Assembly (NCBI GenBank): GCA_003233095.1 | Contig: QIKT01000180.1 | Coordinates: forward strand, 1-50,840 | DNA: 50,840 bases | DNA from: Oceanospirillales bacterium | GTDB taxonomy: Bacteria > Pseudomonadota > Gammaproteobacteria > Xanthomonadales > SZUA-38 | Direction of reading: 5' to 3' | In this document: positions 16,018 to 25,176 of the stretch, piece by piece | How the letters are laid out: each line of letters opens with the position of its first letter | How positions within the stretch are numbered: position 1 is the first letter of the stretch | The notes under the pieces: model-generated | The model's database searches: none | Told to the model about the DNA's origin: nothing | The model's input: the letters and a program-made list of their open reading frames with translations, nothing else | Translations under genes and position numbers: made by a program

Positions 16018-18237
16018 TTATTGATCATTAATGAGAAAGTCACCCAGCCGGATGAAAAATGATTGCTCACCGCCTTCGGAGTAGCCCAACCCGGCATACA
16101 CGGGGCCGATGGGTGACCGATAACCGAAATACACCGAAGCATTGAACAGGCTGTCTGTGAAGTTGATATCCGAGCGGTCTGCAAAGGTGTTGCCCAATTC
16201 AAGCGTACCGCCCACATAGGCCGGCAGAAGGCCGCTTTGCCCCAGCTGAAACCGGTAACCACCGAGCAATTGAGCATAGTGCTGGCCGGTGACCTCATTG
16301 AATTCAAGACCTGACAGACGAGTAAAACCACCGGCTCGAAACAGACCGTAAATGGGTGCGTTGTCATTCAGGGTGGTCTCGTAATTCAGACCCAGCTGCA
16401 GGGCGTGCCGCTTGTTGAGCGTGGTGGTGGTGAAGTAGTTGAGTGTGAACTGTTCGAAGTCATCATCGGACCCAAGGCTGCCACGAGCGGTCAGATAGCT
16501 TGCTCTGGCAGACGTCCCTGACGTCGGAAAGTAGACATCATCAAGGGTGTCATGCGTATAGCGGGCAAACAGACTGCCGGTGTTGAAGCTCAGTTCGGGC
16601 TGATTCTCGCCGATGACCAGTTCGACATCACCCAGCCCCCGAGACAGGCCAAGCGCCACCTCGGTATGATTGCCGAAGTATCGCCCGATGATCAGGTCCA
16701 GGCTGACCGTATCGACCAGAAATTCTGCCACTGCCGAATTTCTCTCGAATTCACGGAAGGTGCGCCGACGTGCATCCAGCCTCGGGTTGGCGAACCAGGG
16801 GGATACCGGGGTGAGCGGGCGGAAATACTCGGCAAATAACTCTGGTTGCTCGCCAAGTTGTGCCGCCAGTCGCCATTCCGAACCACTCTGATCCACGCCG
16901 CTTCTGAGCAAGCCGGCACGCACATTGATGGCGTTGTTCAGTCCGTCGCTGAAGAAGCTCAGACCATATTCCAGGCGATTGGGCAGGCGTCGGTCGGGCT
17001 CGATAGTCAGGACCAGACCCTGATCGCCTTCCTTGCGGACGATCTTATAGCGCGCTTCGCGAATACCACCGAGGCCATAAATTTCTGAAATGCTCCGATC
17101 CAGGGCGGCAAATTCAAGCGGTTCACCGGGCCACAGATCCAGATACTTCAGAATAATGTCATCACTGTGAGGGCTCTGATTGGAAATCTGGATGAAATTG
17201 ACGATGGGCCGACCTGTCAGGCAGGTTTCGATCTGATGGCGATGCGCTGCAAATTGATCCGTGGACAGAGTCAATGTGCTCAGCCGATCTGATTGTGCGA
17301 GGGTCGCGTCGTAACCGATGCGCATGGCATCGAGAGTTTTTTTGAAGTCAACCGACGACACCTCATCGGCCAGCGGTGGGGTGATCAGCAGATCCTGCTC
17401 GGACAGCAGCCGAATCTGGCTGACTGTCGAGTTGTAGACCATCAGGTTGCTCATCTGTTCGATCATGTCGAGCACGTCATTGATCGCATCACGCTCCAGC
17501 ATCGGGCTGGACACATCGACTGCAATGACGATATCTGCCCCCATGTCCCTGAGGACCTGGACAGGCAAGTTGTTTGCCAGTCCACCGTCTACCAACAATC
17601 GATCGTTCAGCTCCACCGGCGCAAACAGGCCGGGAATCGACATGCTGGCTCGCATTGCCCTGGCCAGAGACCCTGAATCAAGGACCACCTCCTCGCCGCT
17701 GACGATATCTGCGGCCACGGCGCGAAACGGGATCGGCAAATCATCGAATGAGTCGTTCCAGGTTTTTTCAAGAGTCATTCGCTGAAAGAACAGTTCGGCA
17801 TTCTGTCCGACCAGAGCACCCTCGGGCAGAATGAACTGCCCATCCCGGTAGCCCAGCGATGGGTCGATATAGTCCAGGTCATCATCGCGCTTGCGACGGA
17901 AAGTCTGGAAATCTCTGGGTGTCTGGTCGCGAAACATCAAGTCCCAGTCCATGTTGCCAAGGTCGCTTTCCAGTTCGTCTGCATTCATGCCTGAGGCATA
18001 CATTGCGCCGATCAGCGCTCCCATGGAGGTTCCGGCGATATAATCGATCGGAATCTGCATCTCTTCGAGCGCCTTGAGTACCCCGACGTGCGCAGTGCCT
18101 CGGGCGCCACCGCCGCCAAGAGCCAGGCCGATGCTTGGCCGACTGTTCTCGGCAGCCGTATGCAGGCAGGATTGTGCTGCAGCGATCTGCATCAGCCCCA
18201 GGCTGAGCAGCAGTGTCAAACCGATCCGGTAATGCAT
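16018..18237 (-). CDS. patatin-like phospholipase fused to a POTRA/Omp85-type beta-barrel (PlpD-like, type Vd secretion)
   Basis: 739 aa with a signal peptide. Oxyanion motif GGGGARG, nucleophile GTSMG, catalytic DGG (VDGGLANNLP). The roughly 400-aa C-terminal region has alternating beta-strand character and ends in an aromatic-rich barrel closure. Confidence 0.85.
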   Translation of the reverse strand: MHYRIGLTLLLSLGLMQIAAAQSCLHTAAENSRPSIGLALGGGGARGTAHVGVLKALEEMQIPIDYIAGTSMGALIGAMYASGMNADELESDLGNMDWDLMFRDQTPRDFQTFRRKRDDDLDYIDPSLGYRDGQFILPEGALVGQNAELFFQRMTLEKTWNDSFDDLPIPFRAVAADIVSGEEVVLDSGSLARAMRASMSIPGLFAPVELNDRLLVDGGLANNLPVQVLRDMGADIVIAVDVSSPMLERDAINDVLDMIEQMSNLMVYNSTVSQIRLLSEQDLLITPPLADEVSSVDFKKTLDAMRIGYDATLAQSDRLSTLTLSTDQFAAHRHQIETCLTGRPIVNFIQISNQSPHSDDIILKYLDLWPGEPLEFAALDRSISEIYGLGGIREARYKIVRKEGDQGLVLTIEPDRRLPNRLEYGLSFFSDGLNNAINVRAGLLRSGVDQSGSEWRLAAQLGEQPELFAEYFRPLTPVSPWFANPRLDARRRTFREFERNSAVAEFLVDTVSLDLIIGRYFGNHTEVALGLSRGLGDVELVIGENQPELSFNTGSLFARYTHDTLDDVYFPTSGTSARASYLTARGSLGSDDDFEQFTLNYFTTTTLNKRHALQLGLNYETTLNDNAPIYGLFRAGGFTRLSGLEFNEVTGQHYAQLLGGYRFQLGQSGLLPAYVGGTLELGNTFADRSDINFTDSLFNASVYFGYRSPIGPVYAGLGYSEGGEQSFFIRLGDFLINDQ

Positions 18238-18365
18238 GGGAAGTCCTGTAGCATGTAACTATTGAGCGACTGGATCGTATCATGGATAGCTGAGCGCAAT
18301 CATGCGCCGGTTTTCGACTTTTGCACGGTGGGAACCCGAGATGGGTAATCCGTGCAGACAGTTGA

Positions 18366-18896
18366 TTGAGACGATCTTGCGACGCACTCATGACACAGGC
18401 ACAAATGAAGCGACAGACGTTCAGAAATGTGGTTGACGATCATCAGGATCGTTTGTTCTCCGCTGCGGTCTATATTCTTGGCAATACCGCAGAAGCTGAG
18501 GAAGTGGTGCAGGAAGTGTTCATCAAGCTCTGGCAGCAGAAGCAGACGCTCAAGGACACGCACCTGAGAGCCTGGCTGCTGAAAGTCACACGCAACGCCT
18601 GTCTGGATTTGATCCGAAAACGGGTTCACCAGCGAAACTATGCGGTTGCTGCTGGAGCACAGTCCAATGTGCTGACTCTGTACACCGAGGCAGAAGCCGC
18701 TGAGTTGGGCGATGATCTACAGCAGATGATCAACGGACTCAAAGAGCCCTATCGCTCACTGATTGTGATGCGTGAGGTCGAAGGGTACCGCTACAACGAG
18801 ATAGGCCAGGCCCTGGATTTGTCAGAACAGCAGGTCAAGGTATATTTGTACCGCGCACGCCGACAGCTGCGCGAAAAACTGGAGCAGACCCTATGA
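18366..18896 (+). CDS. ECF RNA polymerase sigma factor
   Basis: Region 2: AEEVVQEVFIKLWQQ...WLLKVTRNACLDLIRKR. Region 4: YRSLIVMREVEGYRYNEIGQALDLSEQQVKVYLYRARRQL. An alternative start at 18390 is possible. Confidence 0.85.
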   Translation: MRRSCDALMTQAQMKRQTFRNVVDDHQDRLFSAAVYILGNTAEAEEVVQEVFIKLWQQKQTLKDTHLRAWLLKVTRNACLDLIRKRVHQRNYAVAAGAQSNVLTLYTEAEAAELGDDLQQMINGLKEPYRSLIVMREVEGYRYNEIGQALDLSEQQVKVYLYRARRQLREKLEQTL

Positions 18897-19420
18897 ATGG
18901 GACCTCATTCAACGAGATGATCGAGCCCTATCTGGACGATGATCTGGATCCGGCCAGCACCGGGATGTTCGAGGCTGAACTGGCTATCAACGCTGATTTG
19001 GCCCGATCGCTTGATCAGGCGCTGGCGCTCAAGGATGCCATGGCCTCCTTGCCGCGCTATCGACTGCCGGCACACAGAGCGGCTCATATCGATGCGCAAA
19101 CCTGGCAACAGCCTCGTCGCTGGCCCGCCATGGTGGCCATCGCTGCCTGTCTGGTGGTGGCCGTCTTGATGGTCATGCTGGTCGATCGCACGCCGATACC
19201 ATCGAGTCAGGGTGTCGTGGCCGGGGCTGATCCGACCCAGCAGGAACTGGAGCAGGCGCGAGAGGATATCGCAGTTGCACTGGCCTACCTGGATCATGCG
19301 GGCGATGTCATGGGCCGCGAAGTGGGCACACTCTGGGTCGACCAGGGCATCAAGCGACCCGTCAATGCAGGCATCCGTGAGGTCCCTGGCAACGTCCGTT
19401 TTGGAGAGACACGATCATGA
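18893..19420 (+). CDS. anti-sigma factor (single-pass, zinc-less variant)
   Basis: ATGA overlap with the sigma gene. N-terminus FNEMIEPYLDDDLDPASTGMFEAELAINADLARSL has the anti-sigma-domain shape but lacks the H/C ligands. One TM helix (MVAIAACLVVAVLMVMLV). Confidence 0.65.
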   Translation: MNGTSFNEMIEPYLDDDLDPASTGMFEAELAINADLARSLDQALALKDAMASLPRYRLPAHRAAHIDAQTWQQPRRWPAMVAIAACLVVAVLMVMLVDRTPIPSSQGVVAGADPTQQELEQAREDIAVALAYLDHAGDVMGREVGTLWVDQGIKRPVNAGIREVPGNVRFGETRS

Positions 19421-19947
19421 GACTGATTCGAGTATTCATTCTTTTGATAAGTCTGTTGATTGCACCGTGGCAGGTCATTGCACAGACCGATTCGGATTTT
19501 GACTCGTTGGTCGATTTCGGTGACTTGACGGACATCACCGGAGGCAAGGAGCCGACTGTTGAAATTTCACTAGGCGGAGCGCTGCTTCGATTCGTCGGCA
19601 ATGCGACCCGTGAAGAAGATAGCGATCTGGCCGAGACACTCAGTTCTCTCAGGTCAATCGAGATTCGAGTATTTGATATTGCCGAGGGGCGCTTTGATCG
19701 TGCCAAGGATCAGGTGAACATGATCGCCGACCGCCTGACGGCCAATCAGTGGGAGCCGACGATCAAGGTCAATTCGGAGGACACCATTGTTCGGATGTTC
19801 ATGAAAATGGATGGTGAGCAGGTCACAGGCATGACCGTCATGATTCTCGAGGATCGCTCTGAGGCAGTCTTCATCAACATTGTTGGTGCGATCGATCCTG
19901 ACCAACTGGGTCGAGTCGCCGACAAGTTCGGAGTCTCCATCGACTGA
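19417..19947 (+). CDS. DUF4252-like periplasmic protein
   Basis: ATGA overlap with the anti-sigma gene. Signal peptide present. VEISLGGALLRFVG...LRSIEIRVFDI...MTVMILEDRSEAVFINIVGAIDPDQL fits my memory of DUF4252, which is often linked to ECF/anti-sigma pairs. Confidence 0.65.
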   Translation: MRLIRVFILLISLLIAPWQVIAQTDSDFDSLVDFGDLTDITGGKEPTVEISLGGALLRFVGNATREEDSDLAETLSSLRSIEIRVFDIAEGRFDRAKDQVNMIADRLTANQWEPTIKVNSEDTIVRMFMKMDGEQVTGMTVMILEDRSEAVFINIVGAIDPDQLGRVADKFGVSID

Positions 19948-20023
19948 GCAGCACGCATCAGCGCGATTGCAATTCGCATAGTCATGGTTACCATATCAGA
20001 CTCATTGTCAGGAGCGCTCACAG

Positions 20024-20515
20024 ATGAGTCACACGCCACGTTTTACCTTGCCGCACCGATCCGGGGCCATTGGTTGGCTGCAGGTTCTCATCGGGCTATC
20101 TCTGATCTGGACGCTAGCCAGTTGTGCATCGGGCGACCCGACCGTGCGCTTGAAGGGGCAGTCGTTCAGCGTTGAAGTCGTCACAACCCCGGAAGATCAG
20201 TCGTTGGGTTTGATGTTTCGAGAACAGATGGATGCCGATCACGGCATGCTGTTTGTCAATACACTGGAAGCGCCAAGGGCCTTCTGGATGAAGAACACGC
20301 GCATACCGCTGGATATTCTGTATTTCGATTCACAGCTGAAACTGGTCAGTGCTCAGTTTGATGTGCCGCCGTGCAAGAGTGATCCCTGTCCGAACTATCC
20401 CAGTGAAGGTCCAGCTCAATATATTCTCGAACTCAATGGTGGTGTCGCTCGCCAGATGGGTGTCACCCAGGGTGACCTGCTGCAGATCGACTATGGATCG
20501 TCCAATCAGCCTTGA
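20024..20515 (+). CDS. DUF192 (COG1430) family protein
   Basis: 163 aa with a signal or lipoprotein-like N-terminus (LASCAS). Contains TPEDQSLGLMFREQMDADHGMLFVN...FWMKNTRIPLDILYFD. Confidence 0.8.
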   Translation: MSHTPRFTLPHRSGAIGWLQVLIGLSLIWTLASCASGDPTVRLKGQSFSVEVVTTPEDQSLGLMFREQMDADHGMLFVNTLEAPRAFWMKNTRIPLDILYFDSQLKLVSAQFDVPPCKSDPCPNYPSEGPAQYILELNGGVARQMGVTQGDLLQIDYGSSNQP

Positions 20516-20809
20516 GAGTCCAGGCAGTATGGGTCTGCCGCAGTGGACTGATTGTGTGAAGCAGTTGCTGCGGGATCGAGGCGATCGATGGGGATGATCT
20601 CATACCAGTCAGCGCAGGGCATGCCGACCTGATAGGGGACCAGCTGATCATTCTGATTCTTGCTGGCTGAGATCAGCGTTTCGTCAAACGGCATAAACAG
20701 TTTCATGGCGACGCTCCGTGTGGTCTGATGAACCCATTAGAGCGCGCCCGTTTGACAACTCAGTGACGCAGATCGGGCAAAATTGTGGCCATGCGAGAAG
20801 CCTCGCCGA

Positions 20810-21007
20810 TCAGAGTTCGACCATTTCGAAGTCTTCCTTGCCCATGCCGCAATCCGGGCAGTACCAGTCCTCGGGCACATCTTCCCAGCGCGTGCCCGGG
20901 GCAATGCCATCTTCGGTCCAGCCATCTTCTTCATGATAGATGAATCCGCAAACCACACACATCCATGATTTGAAGGGCTGACTGTTGGGGGCTGGCGTCT
21001 CGGGCAT
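20810..21007 (-). CDS. rubredoxin
   Basis: [16 protein letters not shown]...[23 protein letters not shown] shows two CxxC knuckles and the conserved aromatics. Confidence 0.9.
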   Translation of the reverse strand: MPETPAPNSQPFKSWMCVVCGFIYHEEDGWTEDGIAPGTRWEDVPEDWYCPDCGMGKEDFEMVEL

Positions 21008-21171
21008 GGTCTTTACTCATCGTGGTCAATATCCATCAGATGGGGCCGATTGGCTGGAATTCCAGAGACTCGGTAGCTGCAAAAGAGATTTGTTGAATCA
21101 TTGATCAGCAGGTGCGACTTTTGTGGGCTCGAATTGATACAATCGACGCTCTGATTCTACGAGATACAGCG

Positions 21172-22458
21172 ATGAGCGATAGCGCGAGCCTGTTCAAACA
21201 GGCCTGTGAACACATCCCTGGCGGTGTGAATTCACCCGTTAGGGCCTTCAAGGGCGTTGGTGGCGACCCGGTCTTCATGCAATCGGCACACGGATGCCGA
21301 ATGACCGACGTCTCAGGCAAGTCTTATATCGACTATATTGGTTCGTGGGGCCCGATGATTGCCGGTCATTCCCATCCCGGCGTCATCGAGGCGGTGGTTC
21401 ACGCCGTGCAGTCCGGGCTCAGCTTTGGCACGCCAACCGAAGTGGAAGTCACCATGGCAGATCGCCTCTGTCAGATGGTGCCAAACCTGGAACAGGTTCG
21501 AATGGTGAACTCTGGCACCGAGGCGTGCATGAGTGCGATCCGCCTGGCTCGTGGGGCCACCGGTCGTGATCGAATCATCAAGTTCACCGGTTGCTATCAT
21601 GGTCATGCTGATGCCTTTCTGGTCAAGGCCGGGAGCGGCGCACTGACACTCGGTGTGCCCAATTCACCCGGTGTCCCCTCTTGCTACGCCGATCTGACCC
21701 TGAGCCTTGATTACAACGATGTTGATCAGGTTGCCAAGGCGATGCAGGAGATTGGGGATGAGGTTGCCGCCATTATTGTAGAGCCGGTTGCCGGGAACAT
21801 GAACTGCATTCCGCCAGATGAGGGGTTTCTGGAAGGGCTTCGCGGTCTCTGCGACCAGTTTGGCTGTCTGCTGATCTTTGACGAAGTGATGACCGGTTTT
21901 CGTTTGGCAGCAGGCGGCGCACAGGAACGCTACGGGGTCCGCGCTGACCTGGTGACCTACGGCAAGATCATCGGTGGAGGGATGCCTGTGGGTGCTTTCG
22001 GCGGTCGTCGTGACATCATGCAACAGATCGCTCCGGTTGGGCCGGTTTATCAGGCTGGCACGTTGTCAGGCAACCCAGTGGCCATGGCGGCCGGTCTGGC
22101 GACCCTCGAGCTGATCAGCGCCGACGGATTTTATGAGTCGCTTGAAGAGAAATCCACAGCGCTGATCGAAGGCATACAGGCGGCGGCTGACCATGCCGGT
22201 ATTGCCATGACGACCAATCGGGTTGGAGCCATGTTCGGGCTGTTTTTCAGCACTGAATCACGCATTCATCGCTATGAACAGGTGATCGCCTGTAACGACG
22301 ATCAATTTCGACAGTTTTTCCATGCCATGCTCAGCCGTGGCGTCTACCTGGCGCCCTCGTCCTATGAAGCAGGGTTTCTGTCACAGGCGCATACCATGGA
22401 CGACATCCAGCAGACGATCGATGCAGCTGCAGACGCCTTCGAACAGCTGTCGGCTTGA
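21172..22458 (+). CDS. hemL: glutamate-1-semialdehyde 2,1-aminomutase
   Basis: [35 protein letters not shown]...[13 protein letters not shown]...[16 protein letters not shown]. This is the internal ATG of track ORF 21112..22458. Confidence 0.95.
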   Translation: MSDSASLFKQACEHIPGGVNSPVRAFKGVGGDPVFMQSAHGCRMTDVSGKSYIDYIGSWGPMIAGHSHPGVIEAVVHAVQSGLSFGTPTEVEVTMADRLCQMVPNLEQVRMVNSGTEACMSAIRLARGATGRDRIIKFTGCYHGHADAFLVKAGSGALTLGVPNSPGVPSCYADLTLSLDYNDVDQVAKAMQEIGDEVAAIIVEPVAGNMNCIPPDEGFLEGLRGLCDQFGCLLIFDEVMTGFRLAAGGAQERYGVRADLVTYGKIIGGGMPVGAFGGRRDIMQQIAPVGPVYQAGTLSGNPVAMAAGLATLELISADGFYESLEEKSTALIEGIQAAADHAGIAMTTNRVGAMFGLFFSTESRIHRYEQVIACNDDQFRQFFHAMLSRGVYLAPSSYEAGFLSQAHTMDDIQQTIDAAADAFEQLSA

Positions 22459-22490
22459 CTGGATGCTGACCGAGCAGGAGTTGCGGAACC

Positions 22491-24419
22491 GTGCCAGCCT
22501 GGCTTGAAGCCATATTGCTGTGGATCCAGGCGCATCCGCAGACCGCCGGATTGATCATTGCGATTGTCTCCTTTTTGGAAGGTTTTGCGGTCATCGGCAT
22601 CCTGGTGCCGGGCATTATTATCCTGTTCGGATTCGGCACCCTGGTCGGCCTGGGCGTTCTGGAGCTCTGGAGCGTCTGGTTGTGGTGCTCGGTCGGTGCA
22701 ATCCTTGGCGATGGCTTGAGCTTTTGGCTGGGCCATCACTTCAAGGATCACATCAGCGATATCTGGCCGTTCAACCGCAGCCGGGGCTTGCTCAATCGTG
22801 GCCAGCAGTTCTTCAAGCGACATGGCTTGAAGAGTGTAGTCATTGGTCGATTCATCGGTCCGGTCCGCCCGATCATGCCGGTCATTGCCGGCATGATGCA
22901 GATGAATCTTCGTGCTTATATACCGGCCAACATCATCGCCGGCATCCTCTGGGCGCCAGCTTACCTGCTACCTGGTGTAGTCTTTGGGGCCTCTTTGGAG
23001 ATCGCCAAGGTCATTGCCTTGAGGTTGGCTCTTCTGATGGCCGTGGTTGTGGGGACCATCTGGCTGACGGCCTGGTTGGTCAATCGACTCTCGGCCTGGC
23101 TGGCGCCGCGGACGGCACGCATGTTGTCTTTTGCGCTGGCCTGGAGTTCTCGTCACCCGTTGCTGGGACGACCCGCCAGAGCGCTGGTCGATCCGTCCCG
23201 CCCGGATTCAGGCACCTTGCTGTTATTCGCCGTGACGCTACTGCTGACGGCCTGGGGGCTACTGACCCTGATGATTGCCCTGCCTCATCAAGGGGGCATG
23301 CTGCCATTCGATGAACCGGTCATGAATGCCATGCAGGCCCTTCGCACGCCTTGGGCCGATCAGGTCATGCTCTTCCTGGATGGGTTCGGGTCTCTGGTGG
23401 TGCTGTTGCCTATTGTCGTCTTCACCCTGATTTATCTTCTCTGGCGCAAGCGCAGACTGGCCGCCTTGCACTGGCTGGTCGCGACGCTGACAGGGCTACT
23501 GTTGGCACTACTGTTTGACCTATTGCTCGGTGGCGCCAGTGGCCCCGTGGTTGAAGCGATTGGCCAGCCGATCCGACCCAACATGCATCTCGTGTTCAGC
23601 CTGGTGGTGTATGGGTTCTTTGCGGTCATTATTGCTCGACAGTTTCCGCGTCGCAGGCGCGTCTGGCCGTATTGGCTGGCAGCAACCCTGGTCAGCCTGA
23701 TCGCGCTGGCACGGCTATATTTCAACCTCTCGACCCCCAGCTCCATGCTCGCTGGTGTTCTGCTGGGATTACTCTGGGTCAGCATCATTGGCATTGGGTA
23801 TCGACGCCGACTGAGGCGGCCGTTCTGGAATCGACCACTGGCCTGGTCGTTCTATGCACTGACGCTGATTTTGGCGGTAACCTGGGTGAAAGTGTTTGGT
23901 GACCAGGCGCTGGAGGCCTACCGATCCAACGAGCCTGCGGCAATTGTGTCAGTTGAGCAATGGCAAGCCGGTTCTGTTCCAGGCTTGGAAGTCGAGGCGC
24001 ATGATTTTACTATCGCTGGTGATCTTGAGGCGCTGATCGAACGACTCAAGGACTCAGGCTGGCAGGAAGCAGAGACAGCTGACTGGTCGACTGCTCTGGC
24101 CATGATGCAGCCGGAGCCGGTGCCGGAGACCCTGACCATTCTGCCCAGACTGTTCAACAATCGTAGCGAAGCAATCATCATGCAGCGCTGGTCGGATGAC
24201 GGCCCGCACCAGGTGGTCCGTATCTGGCCGCTGAATGCGCAACTTGATGATGGCCGTCCGTTGTATTCAGGAACGGTCCGTGACCATGCGCTGCGGCGTA
24301 TTGCAGTCATGTTTCAGTACTGGAGCGAGCTGGATAGCCCAATGCTCCCCGAACAGGTCTTGAACCGTTTGAGTCTGCCCGTATCACCGAGTGAAGACGA
24401 GTTCAGTATTCATTACTGA
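22491..24419 (+). CDS. DedA-family membrane protein fused to a PAP2-like multi-TM region and a soluble C-terminal (LssY-like) domain
   Basis: 642 aa with a GTG start. DedA block ILGDGLSFWLGHHF...GLKSVVIGRFIGPVRPIMPVIAGMM. The middle section has PAP2-like topology with altered motifs. The soluble tail is about 170 aa. Confidence 0.7.
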   Translation: MPAWLEAILLWIQAHPQTAGLIIAIVSFLEGFAVIGILVPGIIILFGFGTLVGLGVLELWSVWLWCSVGAILGDGLSFWLGHHFKDHISDIWPFNRSRGLLNRGQQFFKRHGLKSVVIGRFIGPVRPIMPVIAGMMQMNLRAYIPANIIAGILWAPAYLLPGVVFGASLEIAKVIALRLALLMAVVVGTIWLTAWLVNRLSAWLAPRTARMLSFALAWSSRHPLLGRPARALVDPSRPDSGTLLLFAVTLLLTAWGLLTLMIALPHQGGMLPFDEPVMNAMQALRTPWADQVMLFLDGFGSLVVLLPIVVFTLIYLLWRKRRLAALHWLVATLTGLLLALLFDLLLGGASGPVVEAIGQPIRPNMHLVFSLVVYGFFAVIIARQFPRRRRVWPYWLAATLVSLIALARLYFNLSTPSSMLAGVLLGLLWVSIIGIGYRRRLRRPFWNRPLAWSFYALTLILAVTWVKVFGDQALEAYRSNEPAAIVSVEQWQAGSVPGLEVEAHDFTIAGDLEALIERLKDSGWQEAETADWSTALAMMQPEPVPETLTILPRLFNNRSEAIIMQRWSDDGPHQVVRIWPLNAQLDDGRPLYSGTVRDHALRRIAVMFQYWSELDSPMLPEQVLNRLSLPVSPSEDEFSIHY

Positions 24420-24447
24420 GGCTTGGAACTGTCTTGAAACAGCGTCT

Positions 24448-25176
24448 TCAACCGAATCGACGCGTGGTGATCATCCACAGTAGATAGCCACTGATCACGG
24501 TGATCAGGGCAAACACGGACATCAGGCTCAGAAACCAGTGGTTGAAGTTGTCGCGACTCTCGAAGTCGAGGGTATGCAGCATCCACAGAAAGTCGAAGAA
24601 TCGCCATGCGTCGGTTCGAATCGAGGTCACTTTTCCGGTCTGCTCACTGACGTATAGCGTCGCAATGGACGGGCTGCTGAGATCAATGCGCCAGGCTGGC
24701 AGCGGCTTGTTGCGATATTCCGAATCGCTGCTTACCTCCGTCAGGCGCTCGACTCGCCGGATCACTCCGGGCTCTTTCAGACTCGCCAGTGCCAGTTCTC
24801 TGGCCAGTGACTCGGTCACCGGAGGTTCGATGTGGCCGTCCGACATGCGGACCAATGCACGCTCGGTGATGTCCTGGCGTTCAATGTCAATCTGGTAGTA
24901 GGCCTGTCCCTGACGTTTGATCACCTGAATCTGTGCGACCCGGTCAATGTCGGACCTGTTAGCCAGCACGGCACGAACTGCGTGATCGGCAGACCAGCCG
25001 TTGTCGGGCAAATCACGAAAATCCGGTTTTGATTCTGTTTTGAGGTGTTCTCCACGAATAGTCTCGATGGGAATCAGCGAGAAATACAGGCCGCCCAGAA
25101 TCCAGAGCAGCATCTGAATGCCGATCAGCAGGCTCATCCAGCGGTGGGTTTTGCGGACGATTTGCGTCTTGTTCAT
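24448..25176 (-). CDS. PepSY-associated membrane protein
   Basis: 242 aa. N-terminus RKTHRWMSLLIGIQMLLWILGGLYF is typical of PepSY_TM proteins, and there is a C-terminal TM helix. ATGA overlap with the mpl stop. Confidence 0.6.
   Translation of the reverse strand: MNKTQIVRKTHRWMSLLIGIQMLLWILGGLYFSLIPIETIRGEHLKTESKPDFRDLPDNGWSADHAVRAVLANRSDIDRVAQIQVIKRQGQAYYQIDIERQDITERALVRMSDGHIEPPVTESLARELALASLKEPGVIRRVERLTEVSSDSEYRNKPLPAWRIDLSSPSIATLYVSEQTGKVTSIRTDAWRFFDFLWMLHTLDFESRDNFNHWFLSLMSVFALITVISGYLLWMITTRRFG

Noticed and set aside
20506-20706. 66-aa minus-strand ORF downstream of rubredoxin
   Set aside because: No recognisable motif, and it overlaps the DUF192 gene end. It could be real, but the sequence alone does not support it.
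22520-23314. 264-aa alternative-frame ORF inside the DedA fusion gene
   Set aside because: It is on the same strand in a different frame, is Arg/Gly/Pro-rich, and has no start context. The DedA frame carries the motifs.
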